Source: Felis catus (taxonomy: Eukaryota). Taken from it: a DNA stretch of 64,000 nucleotides. Below, piece by piece: positions 1-13,112 of the stretch. The stretch covers positions 112,656,001 through 112,720,000 of the forward strand of contig NC_058368.1 in the NCBI RefSeq assembly GCF_018350175.1. Reading direction: 5' to 3'. The position numbers were made by a program, and so were the translations under genes. The notes under the pieces were generated by a model. The model worked only from the letters and a program-made list of their open reading frames with translations. It did not search any database and was not told where the DNA came from. Every line of letters begins with the position of its first letter. Position 1 is the first letter of the stretch.

Positions 1-2861
1 ACTTCTGTTGACACTCTTATAATCCTTATAATATCCTTATTTAGCTTTCTTTCATAGGGACCCTCAAAACTTTAAATAAAAGTAGAATTGACAGCAGTGG
101 GAATTCAATGGGAAAGAAATGATGAGATAATTTTAGCAAGCCAATCAAGTAATTTTGGTGTCCCTAATGGTCCCTAAATTAGGGCAGCAGCTATTAAGTG
201 TAAATGCAGTGTTAATTTGGAAACAGAAACTTCAATATTTGTTAGACATTGATGGACATTAGCTGACTGATGAGGTTTAGCAGTAACATTTTACGAATAT
301 GTTTATAAAAAATCAGGGTATAATTTCCTTGAGGCAGGTGTCAAATTGTGGTTAGAATATGAAGTTGCTGGAATGACGCTGGCTTTTCCATAGATTTATT
401 GGACAGGTATAAAGGAAGTGACCCCTTGGGAGGAGGGATGCTAGCGCATTAACAGAATTCTCCACTGTGCCACTTTTCTTGGGAGGACATTGTATTCTGG
501 AGCCTTTGGAGAGTCCTGGTTTCTTCACATGGAAGATGTGACCCTTTTATAATCCCCGGTAATGTAATATATTTGCCAAACTTGAAAGGATTTCTTTCAG
601 CGTGGTGAAAGAAAAGACTAAAAATATCTTGGCTGTTTTATCTGTCCTTTGACTGCCTCAGAGCCACTTTGACAACTAAAGTTTCCCTCTTTAACGAGAG
701 AATCTTTCCTCAGAATGAGCAATGCCAGCCAGCAAGAATTATCACATGCCACAGACTAAGACTTGTCACTCCAATATGGACACACCCTCCAAAGTGTTGA
801 ACTCAGACTTGCAGCCCAGAAAGTGCCCAGAAGGCACAGGTGGCATAATGGCCAGCTCATATTTATCTTTAGTGCTCTTTTTTTGGAGTATTACTGGAAG
901 CTCTGGGAACACCAGATGTCAATCAGACAGGTATCTGAACAGAGGAGAGGAAGCCTCAGCCATTGGGTTAAATTTTCCTGCAATCATTTCTTCCAGAATG
1001 TTCTAGAAGCTGACTGTAGGTGTGACCGTATGTTTCATGGTGGTATCAGATTCCAGGATTTATATCGGACCCCAGGAAAGTCCAGAATTCCCTCCACCTT
1101 TACGCATCTTTTTTTTTTTTTTTTTTTTTTTTTTTGGCATCACATCTTCATGATATCGGCCAAGATGATTCTTCTTAGACCTACTGAAAATCTAAACAAT
1201 TTAGTCAGCAACTGCAATGTCATTTCTTCCTCAATATTTCCCTAGGCCACCAAGCAGGCAGAGGCAAACAAATTTGTTGGTGTTGGCTAGTCCGTTTTCT
1301 GGTAGCTGTCACATTTGGTTTTAAAAGCAAAAGTGAGGATTGTCAGTGTTTTGTCTACCAACTGGCTATCATTTTAATGACTGGATGTCCTGAAATTCGT
1401 TTGGGGATCACAGAGTATGGAGGTGAGCATCCCTGTCCATCTGTGAAGACTCTGGAGGAAGGCAAGGACCTAACCTGCGGTACAGACTAGAGAATTCCAG
1501 GATGAAAACATGTGCCTAAAACCAGTGACCTACTCTAACCCAGTTTTAAGTCTGGTTAGGTTTTTTTATGCACTGTACTTTTTTCGGCTTGTAATGAAAG
1601 AGAAAAAAATTGCCTTCATTTACATATGCATCATTTGGGGAGTTCTGATTTAGAAATCCATGACATGGTAGACTGTCAAAGAAACAAAATCCTCAGTAGA
1701 TGTAAGGTTGAATACCACACGTATTCAGTTTGAGGCCTTTTATATTTAGTACCATTTTACAGAAGGAGTCTGAATCCTCCCCTCTCTTGGTGGCCCACGT
1801 CTTACTCTAAGGCAGTGAGCTCACTGCCTGCCTGGTTGGGTGGCCTCAGCAGCAGCCCTGAAGTGTTGGGCCCATCATCCTGGCAAGAGATTCCTCTTAG
1901 TGGTGTTGACAAGAGGTTCCATTTAAAACATTTTTTTTTTTTTTAAATGAGAGGTTCCATTTTTCATCAACCACATTTGCTGATCGCATTCCCTGTGGAA
2001 TCATTTCTCCATGATTTAGTCCCATACATGCTAACCTTGCCTGAAGCTGCAGTGACTGTTGTGGCTCTTTGAGGCTCAGGATCAGATGTCTAGGCTGTAG
2101 GGACGGTGGTGTGGTAAGGTTGGCAGCTTGGCACTCGTGTGGGGTCCACTCCCTCCCTCACCAGCAGGCACCGGACATGCCCCTTCCCCGTGAGAAAAGA
2201 ACCCACCTCTGCACCTTTCCAGCTCTCTTTCTTTCCTTTGTCTTTTCCTTCTTGTGACCTAATTAGCTGCCCATGTGGGACAGAGCCCAATGAAGGAAGC
2301 CAGGGAAACTGGGACGATGTTGAGATGGGTCTGTAGTGTCCCCAGATGAGCTGCATTGGACTCTCAGCCTATTAGTTATTTCTCTTTTCTGAACCTACTT
2401 CATAAAATATATGTGTCAGAATGTAATTGAGGGAGGGAAATGAGATATTCCATGAAAAGGGCTTAGCCAAAAGAAAGTACTCAATAAATGTTGGCTCTTC
2501 CTATTACCATTATTATAATTATCAAAGTGAGTGTAGAGGACATGTCTAGGACATCGCATAATTAGAAGAGCAGAAGTGCCTTGTATTCCCTCTCTCTTCT
2601 ATTATTGATCAGATTATGGCTCATGTATTTTAAATTCCCCATGTTATCACTCCTCTCTGTTTAAAAAAAAAAAATGAAAAAACAAACAAACAAACAAAAA
2701 GCCCAGGTCTGTGTGGTTTTCTACTTGAGCTGAGTATCTCAGGACTATTTTCTTTAAACACGGGAAGTGCTCAGCTGTTGATTTGAACAAATGGACTTGA
2801 GGTCATGCTAAGAAGAGAGAAGAAATCACTGCAAACGACATGCACCTTAAGCAGTCTGTAC

Positions 2862-3026
2862 CTTGCTGCACGGAGCAATCCAATAGGCTATGGCGAGAAA
2901 AGGGAGGCCTAGGGAGACTCCAAAGACAGCCAGGAATTTCACAGCGATAGACTGTTGACGTAAGCCTGAGAGATTTTCATACCACATGGTAAGCAATTGC
3001 TGCTGACAGTTAGGATGAGCAACGAA
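2862..3026 (-). CDS. TRPC7: TRPC7 internal coding exon (probably exon 4), 165 nt / 55 aa, pre-S1 region
   Basis: Translates to [55 protein letters not shown], a TRPC3/6/7-type sequence matching my recollection of TRPC7. Acceptor ...gttttgtttttacag| has AG at 3028-3027; donor AAG|gtacag has GT at 2861-2860. Phase 0/0, in frame with the 36533-36715 exon. Exon number is inferred from the human gene. Confidence 0.95.
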
Positions 3027-6000
3027 CTGTAAAAACAAAACAAAAACAAAAACAAAACGCAAACAGGAAAATGGCATCGGTAGCACTTGAACAGTATACG
3101 ACCTATGAGTAGCTCAGGGCTGAGATGGTTTACCTGGGACGTGGCCTGGGTGTTAGAGCAGAGCAGCGGGCAGGTGCCCGCTGGGCCCTTCCAGCTTGAG
3201 GATGCCGGGTGTCTTGGCGCTGAGGTCAGAAGCCTGACAGGACTGGCTGCATCAGTGCTTGGTACTTATCTGGGGCAGAGTTCATTTGGGAGGCAGCATG
3301 AGTAATGAATGGAGCACGGATGGGGTCTTGGAGTCCCACATGGGTTTGAAATTTGCTCTAGCATTTTCTAGCCAGGTGACCTCGCGTCACTTACCTAATC
3401 ACTGTGAGTTTCAGCACCTTATTTGCAAAGCAGTCTGTTATCTTGTAGGATTAGATGTGCTTGCAGAACTGTTCTCTCTTTTCCTCTACTAAGAAAAGTG
3501 TTCTGGAGAACATATTAAAACTGAGTATTTCCCTTCTGGGTTTTAGTGGTGTTTGCTTGGCCGCATAGAACTTTTTGTGGCCTGCTAGAGCATTGATATA
3601 TGGCGTCCCTGGTATAGTAGCTTCTCACTGCTACCTCTCTCTCTTGCAACTGCCTTAATGCCCAGGTTACAAGACCTCTTATGGCCATTTTGTATCACGT
3701 GACCTCACCCCTCTGGATATAGCTTACTGGACTAGGTGAAGAACCCTGACTTACACCGGCCTATCAGGTTTTCTCACTGCGATATTTGCGACTAATTGAG
3801 AGGGGCAGTTTCTTTATTTACTGGGAAGTTAACAAGTAATCTTGGGAGGTGTGTGTAACCATCTTCTATCGCATGGACTAAGTAGCAAAACAAGCCAATT
3901 CAAAGGAAAGAAGAATGAAGATGTGTAGAAAGAGGCTCAGATAGATAGTGTGTGCCCCTCTCTGGGGCCTCGCTCCACTCTGCCCACATGGTCCATGAGA
4001 CACTCTTTTATTCATATACAGAGGCTTCCTTGTTCTGCTCTATCCAGCAAGTTGGCTGGAGCTGCTGCCACCGAACAGCCTTTTTCTGCAAATATTTGGT
4101 GCCACTTGGCCATGTGTTGAGTTGATGTTGAGTCCTGGTCACTGGAAATGGGTAATTGGTAAGTAAAATTTATGGGAATGAAGTTTACGTTTGAGAAAAC
4201 TTTACTCACTAGCTTATTTTCTCCTTGTGACAGGAGGAAGCCATTGATTGCTTTTGGTAGCCCTGCTTTTTGGCCCTGCAAAGTTTAGCCATGTATCCGT
4301 GGATTGGAACAGACAGACTGGGCATTCTTTAAAGGGTCTGACTTTTCATATGATTACACAGGAGCATAACATGCCAATTTTCATCCCATGTGCCTCAGTG
4401 GGTATTAAGGAGACATGTATAGTGGTTCTGAGCAAATGCAAAACAACTCCTTTTCATTGTTAAGAGTAACGTAAATACAACTGTTTTAAAACATTCTCAG
4501 TGCGAATGGCAGCATGTTCTTGTTTCCAGTTTCTGGGAACTCAAGGCAGAGGCCAAGTGATCTGTGAGTACACTATCAGTGGTTTGTTTGGCCATGCAGC
4601 AGCCCCCGATAATACTGCTACTCAAACATTAGTGAAAATGAGGCTTTTTGGGTAGCATTACTGGATCCATGGCAACCACTCTGGTCTTTCCCTCTAAGGA
4701 CAAGAGCAGTGGATTCTTCTCTACCTAAGGTAGGAAACCCCAGGACAGCAGGTGATAGGCTTCCCTATGCCCTTTCTGACTCAAAATACAGTGGAGAAAG
4801 CAACAGAAAATCATGTGGGTGTTTTAGTAATTATCAGCTTTCTGAGAGTTGAGGTCCCACAGAGGGATGGTGGGTGCGCATGTGAGCCAGTCAGTTTTGT
4901 TTTTCAACAGTCAGCCTTCTCTGGGTGCTGAAATGGCTCCGCTCTGGAGAAAGAGTCCAATTAGAGGGTGAGACGTACGCTTATGAAGTAGCAGAAGACC
5001 CCTTGGCTCACCCTCTGGCTCCCTGCCCTGTAGCTGCTCTGGAAGGATTTCAGTGCTAATCCCCTCCAGTGGCCTCTCTGTATCTTGGGAGAGTCTGTCC
5101 ATGCTTTTTCTGTTGCCTCCTGAAGAGAAGTCAGGACAAAAGGTTGAGCAGCAGAGCTGGAGGGGAAGAAATGCTGAGAGAGAACACAATGGGGACCATT
5201 CCCAGTCTCCCTTGCCTGCCTCAGGGAACACCGGTCACAACTAAAACATAGGGGCTCTCTTGAGACTCTGTCTTCTTGTGGTCAGACACGTCCTAATTTT
5301 TATAGCTATGTTTCTTCCCCCATAATAAAGCACCCCAGCTCCAAACATGCTGTTTATTGGCGGACAGTCTTTATGGTATAATGCTCCCAGAAAGCTGACA
5401 GCAGCGGATAGCTAAAGCCCAAACTGTTTGTCTTTATATGGGCACTTTTCTATAGTTGTGGTGGGCCTCTGAAGACAACTTTATGACATGTAGTTCAGTG
5501 TGTCGCAAAAGATTTTTTCTACTGTGCTTTTGAAGCACAGGGAAATACCATCTGTGATCCCAGTAAGGCTAGAGTAACGTGAGACATGCTATCCGGACAC
5601 AGAGAGCTGGACACTCTAACCCAAAAGGCACTCTAGCTAGGGACTAAGGCAGGAAGAGTTCCTACAGGGTGGGGCTGGGGTGAGGAGGTGGGCAGGGGAA
5701 GGATTTTCAAAAGTAGGGTCACAAAGGAATGGATGGAAGAGGAGCCCACAGCTGGAATAGAACGGGAACACAGAAAGTACTGTCTTGGGTTTGCTTTCTT
5801 TGGCCTCTAGCTCGCAAAAGGATACATGATACCAAGAGCTTTGTCCAGGCCCTTCTTGCCCCAAACCATCTTGGACTGAGTGTGGCACACTTTTATGGAA
5901 GTTATTCATGGGAAGAACCGATGAGAACTCCTCAATTTTCCCAGCAGCGTGATTCACACTCGTCATAGCTGGGAGTTCCCGATGGCCTAGGGCTGAGAAC

Positions 6001-6583
6001 CTGGTAAGGTGGGCATACGTGGAGCTGAGCAGTCTCTTCAGAGAAGATAACATCAGCCACGCCCATGATGGGGATGGACTGTGCCAAGAACCGGGGCCGG
6101 AGAGGGAACTTGAGAGAAGTGAAACTGCAGAGAGATAGGAAGGGGGCCTGAGACAGAATTCCCTGCGATGGACGAGGAGACTGCTGGAAAATAGAACCTG
6201 AGAATCAGGAGGGACCGGGAGTCTTCTGGCTGCCGGTTTTTGAGTTCATCTTAAGCCAGTTTTCCCAGCAGCTTGTTTGACCAGACTTCATCGTTAATAC
6301 GATAGCATTTATACCCAAAGCTACTTTTCTGTTGATATCTCACCTAAATGTCTTGTTCCTCCCAGCCCCTGGTGACACAGTGAGAATATAATGCTGGCAT
6401 ATGGGAACTCTTGGGCATGTTAGCCAAATTATGGCTGTTATTTGCTTTTATTTGATCCATGGGCTACCATTTTCTTTTTACAGCTCAAAGGAGAATCATC
6501 CCTTTCACTGTCTCCCTGATTTATATTCATACACAAGGACATAGCTGATGTTGTAAGACTAGTTGTTGAAGAGATACATTCCT

Positions 6584-6635
<52 letters not shown>
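6584..6635. repeat. Perfect (TAAC)13 microsatellite
   Basis: Read directly from the sequence. Confidence 0.97.
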
Positions 6636-6640
<5 letters not shown>

Positions 6641-6724
6641 TTAAAGCTGTTTCAAGGGGATGCGAATGCCCTTGGGCCAGATACTCCCATTGCAACAGGG
6701 TCTAAGACTTTCCTGATGTGGGGT

Positions 6725-6945
6725 GGGTAAGAGTGTGGACCGGTGCATAGCTTCCTGGGTTCAAGTCCTGGCCCTGCCACTTGCTGGCCATATGTTGTCA
6801 GCTCATTGACTCTTTCCATGCTTAGCTTCCTTCTCTCTTCTAGAAATGAAGCTAATAACGAGGATTAAGTAAGTTAGTATTTGTAAAGTGCTTAGAATAA
6901 TACCTGGCAAATAGTGAGCCCTGTATCAGTATTCAGTAAATAAAA
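6725..6945 (+). mobile_element. MIR SINE fragment
   Basis: cctgggttcaagtcctggccctgccacttgct...gtaaagtgcttagaataatacctggca matches the MIR core and 3' pattern. Many other MIR fragments occur, e.g. near 8330, 9370, 13870, 28100, 32950, 42240 and 50060. Confidence 0.75.
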
Positions 6946-9060
6946 ATAAATCCATGACTTTGCTTTCCTTGCCCATTTTCTCTTTCCCCTCTCCCTCAGT
7001 TTCTTTCTCCTACTCTCTACAGCTCTTCCTTACCACCCTGTCTTTATTCTTACCTCCACATTGTTTTAGCAGCTACGTTCTTGAAGTGTTGGTGTCTCTG
7101 GAAAGGGCCATGTAGCCTAACCGTGTGGGTCAGGTCACTCCGTCTCTATCTAGTCCCTCCCTCCTCATCCTCCACTAGAGGTGCAGCTTGATTTATCCAT
7201 GCAGTTGGCTCAAAATGGGCTGGTCTCTGCTGTCAAGTGTATTCTGCTGTACCCTCATTCCCTTCTACTGATTAAGGAGCAGTGCAGGTCACTGGACCTT
7301 CTCCTCCCTCCCCAATGCCCTGTCTCCCCCGTCCACCACCTTAAAAGCTTTTAAGTCCTGCATTTTGCACTTTTTGCAGGGAGGAAAAGAGGACGACATG
7401 ACTGCATTTGAGCTCAGAGGCTTTGAGACTGTGTGATTTCCATATCGTTTAAGCACAGATTTTTCTCTCTGACACTAGGTATCATTTACAGAATGATGAG
7501 ATGTGGCAATGCATGATTTGATAAGCTGAAGAATAACTTAGCTGGAGCAAAATTTATAAAATCCAGTGCTTATAGAGAAAATTACTTTCTTTTATACAGA
7601 TAAACCATCAAAGGGCCCAGTGATGTCTGATGTGACTGTGGTCAAGATTTTCCACTTGGCTTATCACCAGTGTTTGCTTAGAGAAACCCGTTTTTCCTGG
7701 AAACTGTCTATGTAGGCCACAGACACTGTCTCAAGCTACAGTCACCAAGTGGCTTTTCTTAGTGTGGACCATCCGTCTGAATTAGAATAATTCTGTGATG
7801 CCATTTCCTGTTTGGAGCATCTCATGGGATTAGGTTCAGGGGTGCTAACCTGTTTAGGTTTTCCTTCCCATCTTGTCTTGGGAAAGCTCTCAAGTCGTGG
7901 AAGTTGAGGAGGGAAGAAGAGAAACAGAAATGTCAGTCATTTACTAGTTTAGTTTGTTGGTGGTTCCTTTGTTTTCTCATTCACTTCACAAACCTCTCCT
8001 CAGTGCTCTCTCTCACCAGGTGCTGTGCCCAACATGGGAAATACAGAGTCAAGTCGCAGTCCTTGTGCACTTGGAGATCTCAGCTCTGTGACTCACCAAG
8101 TAGAATGGGGCTTTGGAGTAACAACACCCTGCCGATTCTGGAGTAGACTCTCTGTGTTGGGTGAATGCATGAATGATGAGTGATCACTCCATCATTGGGT
8201 GCTCTTGGTGTGCTTTCTCCCATGCGACCTAATACCGAGAGCCCCACATCCTTGGCACAGCCAGTTGCTTTGTTTCCATTGATGACCTTCAGACTGCTCT
8301 TCTCTGTGCCAGCACTTAGCAGGGTGGTCACATTCACAGGCTCTGAGGCTGGCCCATCCAGGTTCAGGTCCCAGATCCACCATTTCCTAGCTGTGTGACC
8401 CTGAGCATGCCACTTCCCAGGTCCTAGTTTCGTGATCCATGGGAGAGGAGAATGTGTGTTGGGTGCTCAGAACATGGCCTGGTGCTTAATATTAAAGGTG
8501 GGCATTGGTATTATTACTGCTGCCATTATTACTCCCACTCTACTCCCACTCTAGGGATGTCTAAATAGTGCTCTAGGTTCTTTTCCTTGCTGAGTTTATG
8601 TCATTAGCAGACTATTGAGTATCCATGGTGTTTTTAGAGTTAAAAATTCCTGAAAAATTTAGTATGCTTGATTACAACAAAAAAGCAGAAATTGCCACTA
8701 ATTTTAAGTTTTCAATTGACGCAGCATTCTGGTATGGGGTCAACATTGTCTCCATGCTCAACGAATCTGTTTATTTAGCCATGCAGCTCCCAAGTGGCCA
8801 CCACAAGAGGATAGTCTGATAGATCTGGGTGGATGGTGGTGGGGATGAGAAGAGAAAGGTGCAGGGCTTGGAACTTTGGATGGGGAATCCAAACAATCAG
8901 ACCTCTTTCAAGGAGCCTGTCAGCCTGGGCACTAGACAAAGTAAAAATTCTTGAAGTCACAGCTCAAGTGTTTCTACTATTAATAATTGAGGGCCTACCA
9001 CATCAAGGGATTTTAGTTATGTTATCTATAATCTTCATAATAATCCTTCCAAAAATGGAT

Positions 9061-9081
9061 GTGTGTGTGTGTGTGTGTATG

Positions 9082-9136
<55 letters not shown>
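9061..9136. repeat. Compound (GT)9-ATGTATGT-(AT)25 microsatellite
   Basis: Read directly from the sequence. Confidence 0.97.
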
Positions 9137-9139
<3 letters not shown>

Positions 9140-12100
9140 CTCATATACAAATAAAGATGTGCTTTCATCCCCCTCTTGCAGCTGGGGAAAATGAGATGGA
9201 GTCACCTCAAGCTGCCACAGTCCCACAGCTAGAAAGTGGTTCCAACCTGGGTCTTTCTGATTCCAAAGCCTGAGGTCTTTATATTCCACTCAGTTCCCTT
9301 TGGAATGCTGTTGATTTGTTTGGCTTAGATTTTAGTCCTTCCTGGTCTTAGTTTTCTGTCATAAATAAAACAGTAAAAAGCTAACATTTATTGAGCACTC
9401 ATGTGGATGGGGCCTTGTGCTGAGCACCTTGTGAACATTTTCTCATTTAATCCTTTTAACACACTAGGGTGGGAACTCTCACGCCCTTTATAAAATGGTA
9501 CCATAACTGTTCACATCTGTCTCCAGAGTTGACATTCTCAACCACTTCCCTATATTTCCTCTCACAGCCAAAGCTTCCTGCATCTCTTCTGGGTCCCTTC
9601 ACCATCTTGTTCTCTCTTCCAAGCAGGAAGGCATGTCTGTGAGCCTGCAGATTTCAGCTGTGCCACAGAGATGCACATAGGGTTTTCCAGCCAGAGTTCT
9701 GGGTGTCTCCTTTTCACTCTCTGGTGGTGGGCTGTGTCCTCTTGAGGGGGGACAGTCAATCTCGGACTTGCTTCTCCAGAGCAGTGAGAGTCCTATGCTA
9801 ATCCCATGTCCCCTTCCTTCGCACTGTCTGGGATGGATGAAGAAATGGAGGCAGAGATGGAGGGGATTTTAACTGGAGAGAAAGAAAGCAAGTGAAAGGA
9901 AATGAAAGGAAGAAAAAGGAAGAAGAGCAGAGCAAAGGAAGAGGAGTAGGAGTTGGTTCAGACCTGACTTTCAGCTGCTGTTGCAACTTGACTCCAACTC
10001 TTTTCCTTCCCATCCCTAGTCTCTGTCCAGATTCTAGCAGCACTGTTCTCACAGCCTACCCCAAGCTTGACCATCGCAGACCCTTTGCTCAAGGTATCTC
10101 TGCTACCCAGTTTGCTTCCCCTTTCATCTTCACTATCCAGGTTTTGTTCAGCTCAGTATCTTTCTTGAAAGCTCACCCTCCCTACTCAGGTGAGAATCTC
10201 TCTTTCTCCTCTCATGCAGTTCTTAGTCTCTCCCTTTTATCATAGTTATATGCCTGGGTGATCCTCTACCAGAGAGAAAACTCCTCCTGGTTGGCTCCTA
10301 TGGTCCTTAGTTAGTATGGTGCTCAACGAATGGGTACTCAGGCAGTGCTATTTGAATGAGTAAATGGCATAGCTAGAAGGTGGGTTCAGACTGAAAACCT
10401 GGAACCATCTACAGACCTTCCATACTCATCATCCCAGTTGTTTGGTAGATTCCCAGAACTTCTGGCTATGTCACCACATCTGGAATAGGCATATGGATAT
10501 AAAAGGCTGAAAGTTTGCTTGGTCTCCAGCAGACATAATGAACAGACAGATGACTGAATTCACGTCTCAACTGAACTTATTTTCACTGTGGACGTGCCAG
10601 GAGATAGGAGAACAATAACAACAACTTGCTTCATTTCAGAAGGCAGTGGAACTAGAAGTTTAAAGATGTTATCAGGAAAAAATTCATACCATTATCTGGA
10701 GGGGCTACCCAGGAAATGAGCCAACAAGGGACATAGGTGTTGGCACTCAGGTCTAGGGGATTTTTGCTTCTTTGTTTGGTATGCATTGCCTCAGCACACT
10801 GCCTCACTGTCCCCACCTTTTGCAGTGCCATTTTCAAAATTCTCCATTTTCTTACTAGTCAAGTGTCTTTCAGACATCCCTCTCATTCATGGGAGAATCC
10901 ATTTGGATGCCTGTGCAGATAGATGTCTCTCACTCCATTCCGGCCTCCCCTACCTCATCTTCCACATGTGCACCTGCAAGCTTAACCAGCCCTGGCATGC
11001 TTCTTAGTTATTCCTACAGCTGGGTGTCCTGCCAGGCAGCTGGCTACTCACTGAGCCATCCTGCAAATCTGCTGTGCAGCAAGAGGAGATGAGCACTTCT
11101 GAAGGCTCTTCACCCCTATGAAGGTTTGATATCATCTGACGAGTTGAATAGCTTACTCCATTGTTCTCTGTGCCTGTTTTCCAGGGACAGCAGGACACAA
11201 GAAACTCTCTCCCACCTTAAATTAAGCAGTCCTCCAATTTCACAGACCAACTGGAATTACATAAATGCCCCAAACTGGTGGGTTACTCTGAGCACTGTAT
11301 CTCTGACTTAGCTTCTCTCTTACCAGAGACAGAATGGTTTTCCGATGAAGATAGTTGTTCATGAATAGCCTGCGCTTTAGTCTCTGGGGCACAGAGACCT
11401 AAACAAATGGTGCTCGACTTCTCCCAGGGCTGTGGGTGAGCCGTTTCCTGAGTGCAGGTGCAATGGCAAGGGGCCTTGCCTGACCCTCGTGGAGGCGAAT
11501 GCTAAGTATATGATTTTCCAGTGCCCATCAGGAGTCCTCCCACAGCCCTGAGCGCAGAGGGTGCTGATGACGAAACTTGGTTTCCAGTCTGCCTTCACTC
11601 TCACAGCCAGAGTCCCACTGTGGGCTCAGAGTGAGCTTCTAGCCAGCTCCAGATGACTGCCTCTGCTCTTTCGCAATGCCACAGAGAAGCCACTCACCAT
11701 ACCTGGGCAGTGACTCTGTCGTCCCCACTAAGGGTTATGTCATAGCCTGAAACCATAGCAGAAATGGAGGCAGCGTTTCGCAAACCTTCTTAGATTGTCT
11801 TCAACTATTCACCTTCTTGGACCTTCCCCTCCAGCCAAGCTGCTCTACATACTGTTCCCAAACATGGCCAGTGTAGCCTACCTGCCTGTGTTCATCTTGC
11901 CCTTCTCTGATTCAGTTCCTAATAAGCCTTTGAGACACAACTTTCTCCCACTTTCAAGTTCTGCCAATTCCCTCAACCCCCTGAGATGTCTTGGATGCCT
12001 CTGGGTCTTGTTCTACGGCCCACTCACTTGGCAGTCATGGCTTAAGGGTCAAGTCGTGAAGAGCTGTACTATTGTGTTTACATCTTATCTCTTCCACTGT

Positions 12101-12565
12101 TATTAAGCTCTTTGAAGCAACCAACTGTCTGTATCCCCAAGAGTGTGCAGCCTTATGTTTTGCACATAACAGGTGCTCATAATCTTAAACATCTGTTGAG
12201 TGATAAATCGTGTGCTCTTCTGAAGCCTCTAAGATTTGCTTTATGATTTTCTATGTGACTCATCTTTCAGAGCAATTTCTAAATATAACACATTTTCTAT
12301 TACTCAGGTTCTGATGAACACTTAACTGTCTTCACATCTTTACTAGAAGGCAAACAGGGAGAGGTGATACAAACTAAACCAGGCTTTTGTTTTCTTGTGC
12401 AGGAGAAGATTGAAGCATGAGACTAAAGTAGGGTTTGAGGATTTTCTTTTGGATTGGATGAGGATTGTTTAATTTCTACATATGCCATTACCACTGCAAG
12501 CTAACATAAATCCAGAAATATTCACACAATAATGATAATAATTATTATTATAATAAAGAGTAGCT

Positions 12566-12767
12566 GCAGGCACCTGGGTGGCTCAGTCGGTTGAGCGTAT
12601 GACTCTTGGTTTCAGCTCAGGTCATGATCTCACTGTTCATCAGTTCGAGCCTCATGTCAGGCTCTGTGGTGATGGTGCAGAGCCTGCTTGGGATTTTCTC
12701 TTCTCCCTCTCTCTCTTCCCTTCTCACATGCTATCTCTCTCTCAAAATAAATAAAAACTTAAAAAAA
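12566..12767 (+). mobile_element. CAN-SINE (tRNA-derived), older copy
   Basis: ggcacctgggtggctcagtcggttgag head, CT-rich tract and A-tail; degenerate TSD aaagagtagctg/aaagaatagctg. Confidence 0.92.
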
Positions 12768-12879
12768 GAATAGCTGATGTTTATTGAGCGTCTATTGTAT
12801 GTCAGGCTTTGTCCTTAACAGTCACCATATTATTTAGCCCTCATATCAGTTCCTTGAGATGGCTGTTGTTATGTCATTA

Positions 12880-13112
12880 TTTTATTTATTTTTTTTTAAA
12901 TTTTTAACATTTATTTATTTTTGACAGACACAGAGAGACAGAACACGAGCCGAGGAGGGGCAGAGAGAGAGAGGGAGACACAGAATGTGAAGCAGGCTCC
13001 AGGCTCTAGCTGTCAGCACAGAGCCTGACACGGGGCCTGAACCCATGAACCGTGAGATCATGACCTGAACTGAAGTTGGACACTTAGCCCACTGAGCCTT
13101 CCCAGGTGCCCC
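12880..13112 (-). mobile_element. CAN-SINE (SINEC_Fc-like)
   Basis: T-rich tail, (GA) tract, ends ccaggtgcccc; degenerate TSD ttatgtcattattt/ttatgttcttattt. Confidence 0.92.

Noticed and set aside
763..1245. Longest ORF in the track (160 aa, +)
   Set aside because: Non-ATG start, runs through a poly(T) giving poly-Phe, no recognisable homology or exon structure.
5667..5698. G-quadruplex-like G-runs (also 63422-63441)
   Set aside because: Common motifs in or near probable LTR-derived DNA, with no promoter or CpG-island context.
3600..6300. Several probable ancient ERVL/MaLR LTR fragments
   Set aside because: Too decayed for me to assign family or boundaries without a database search.
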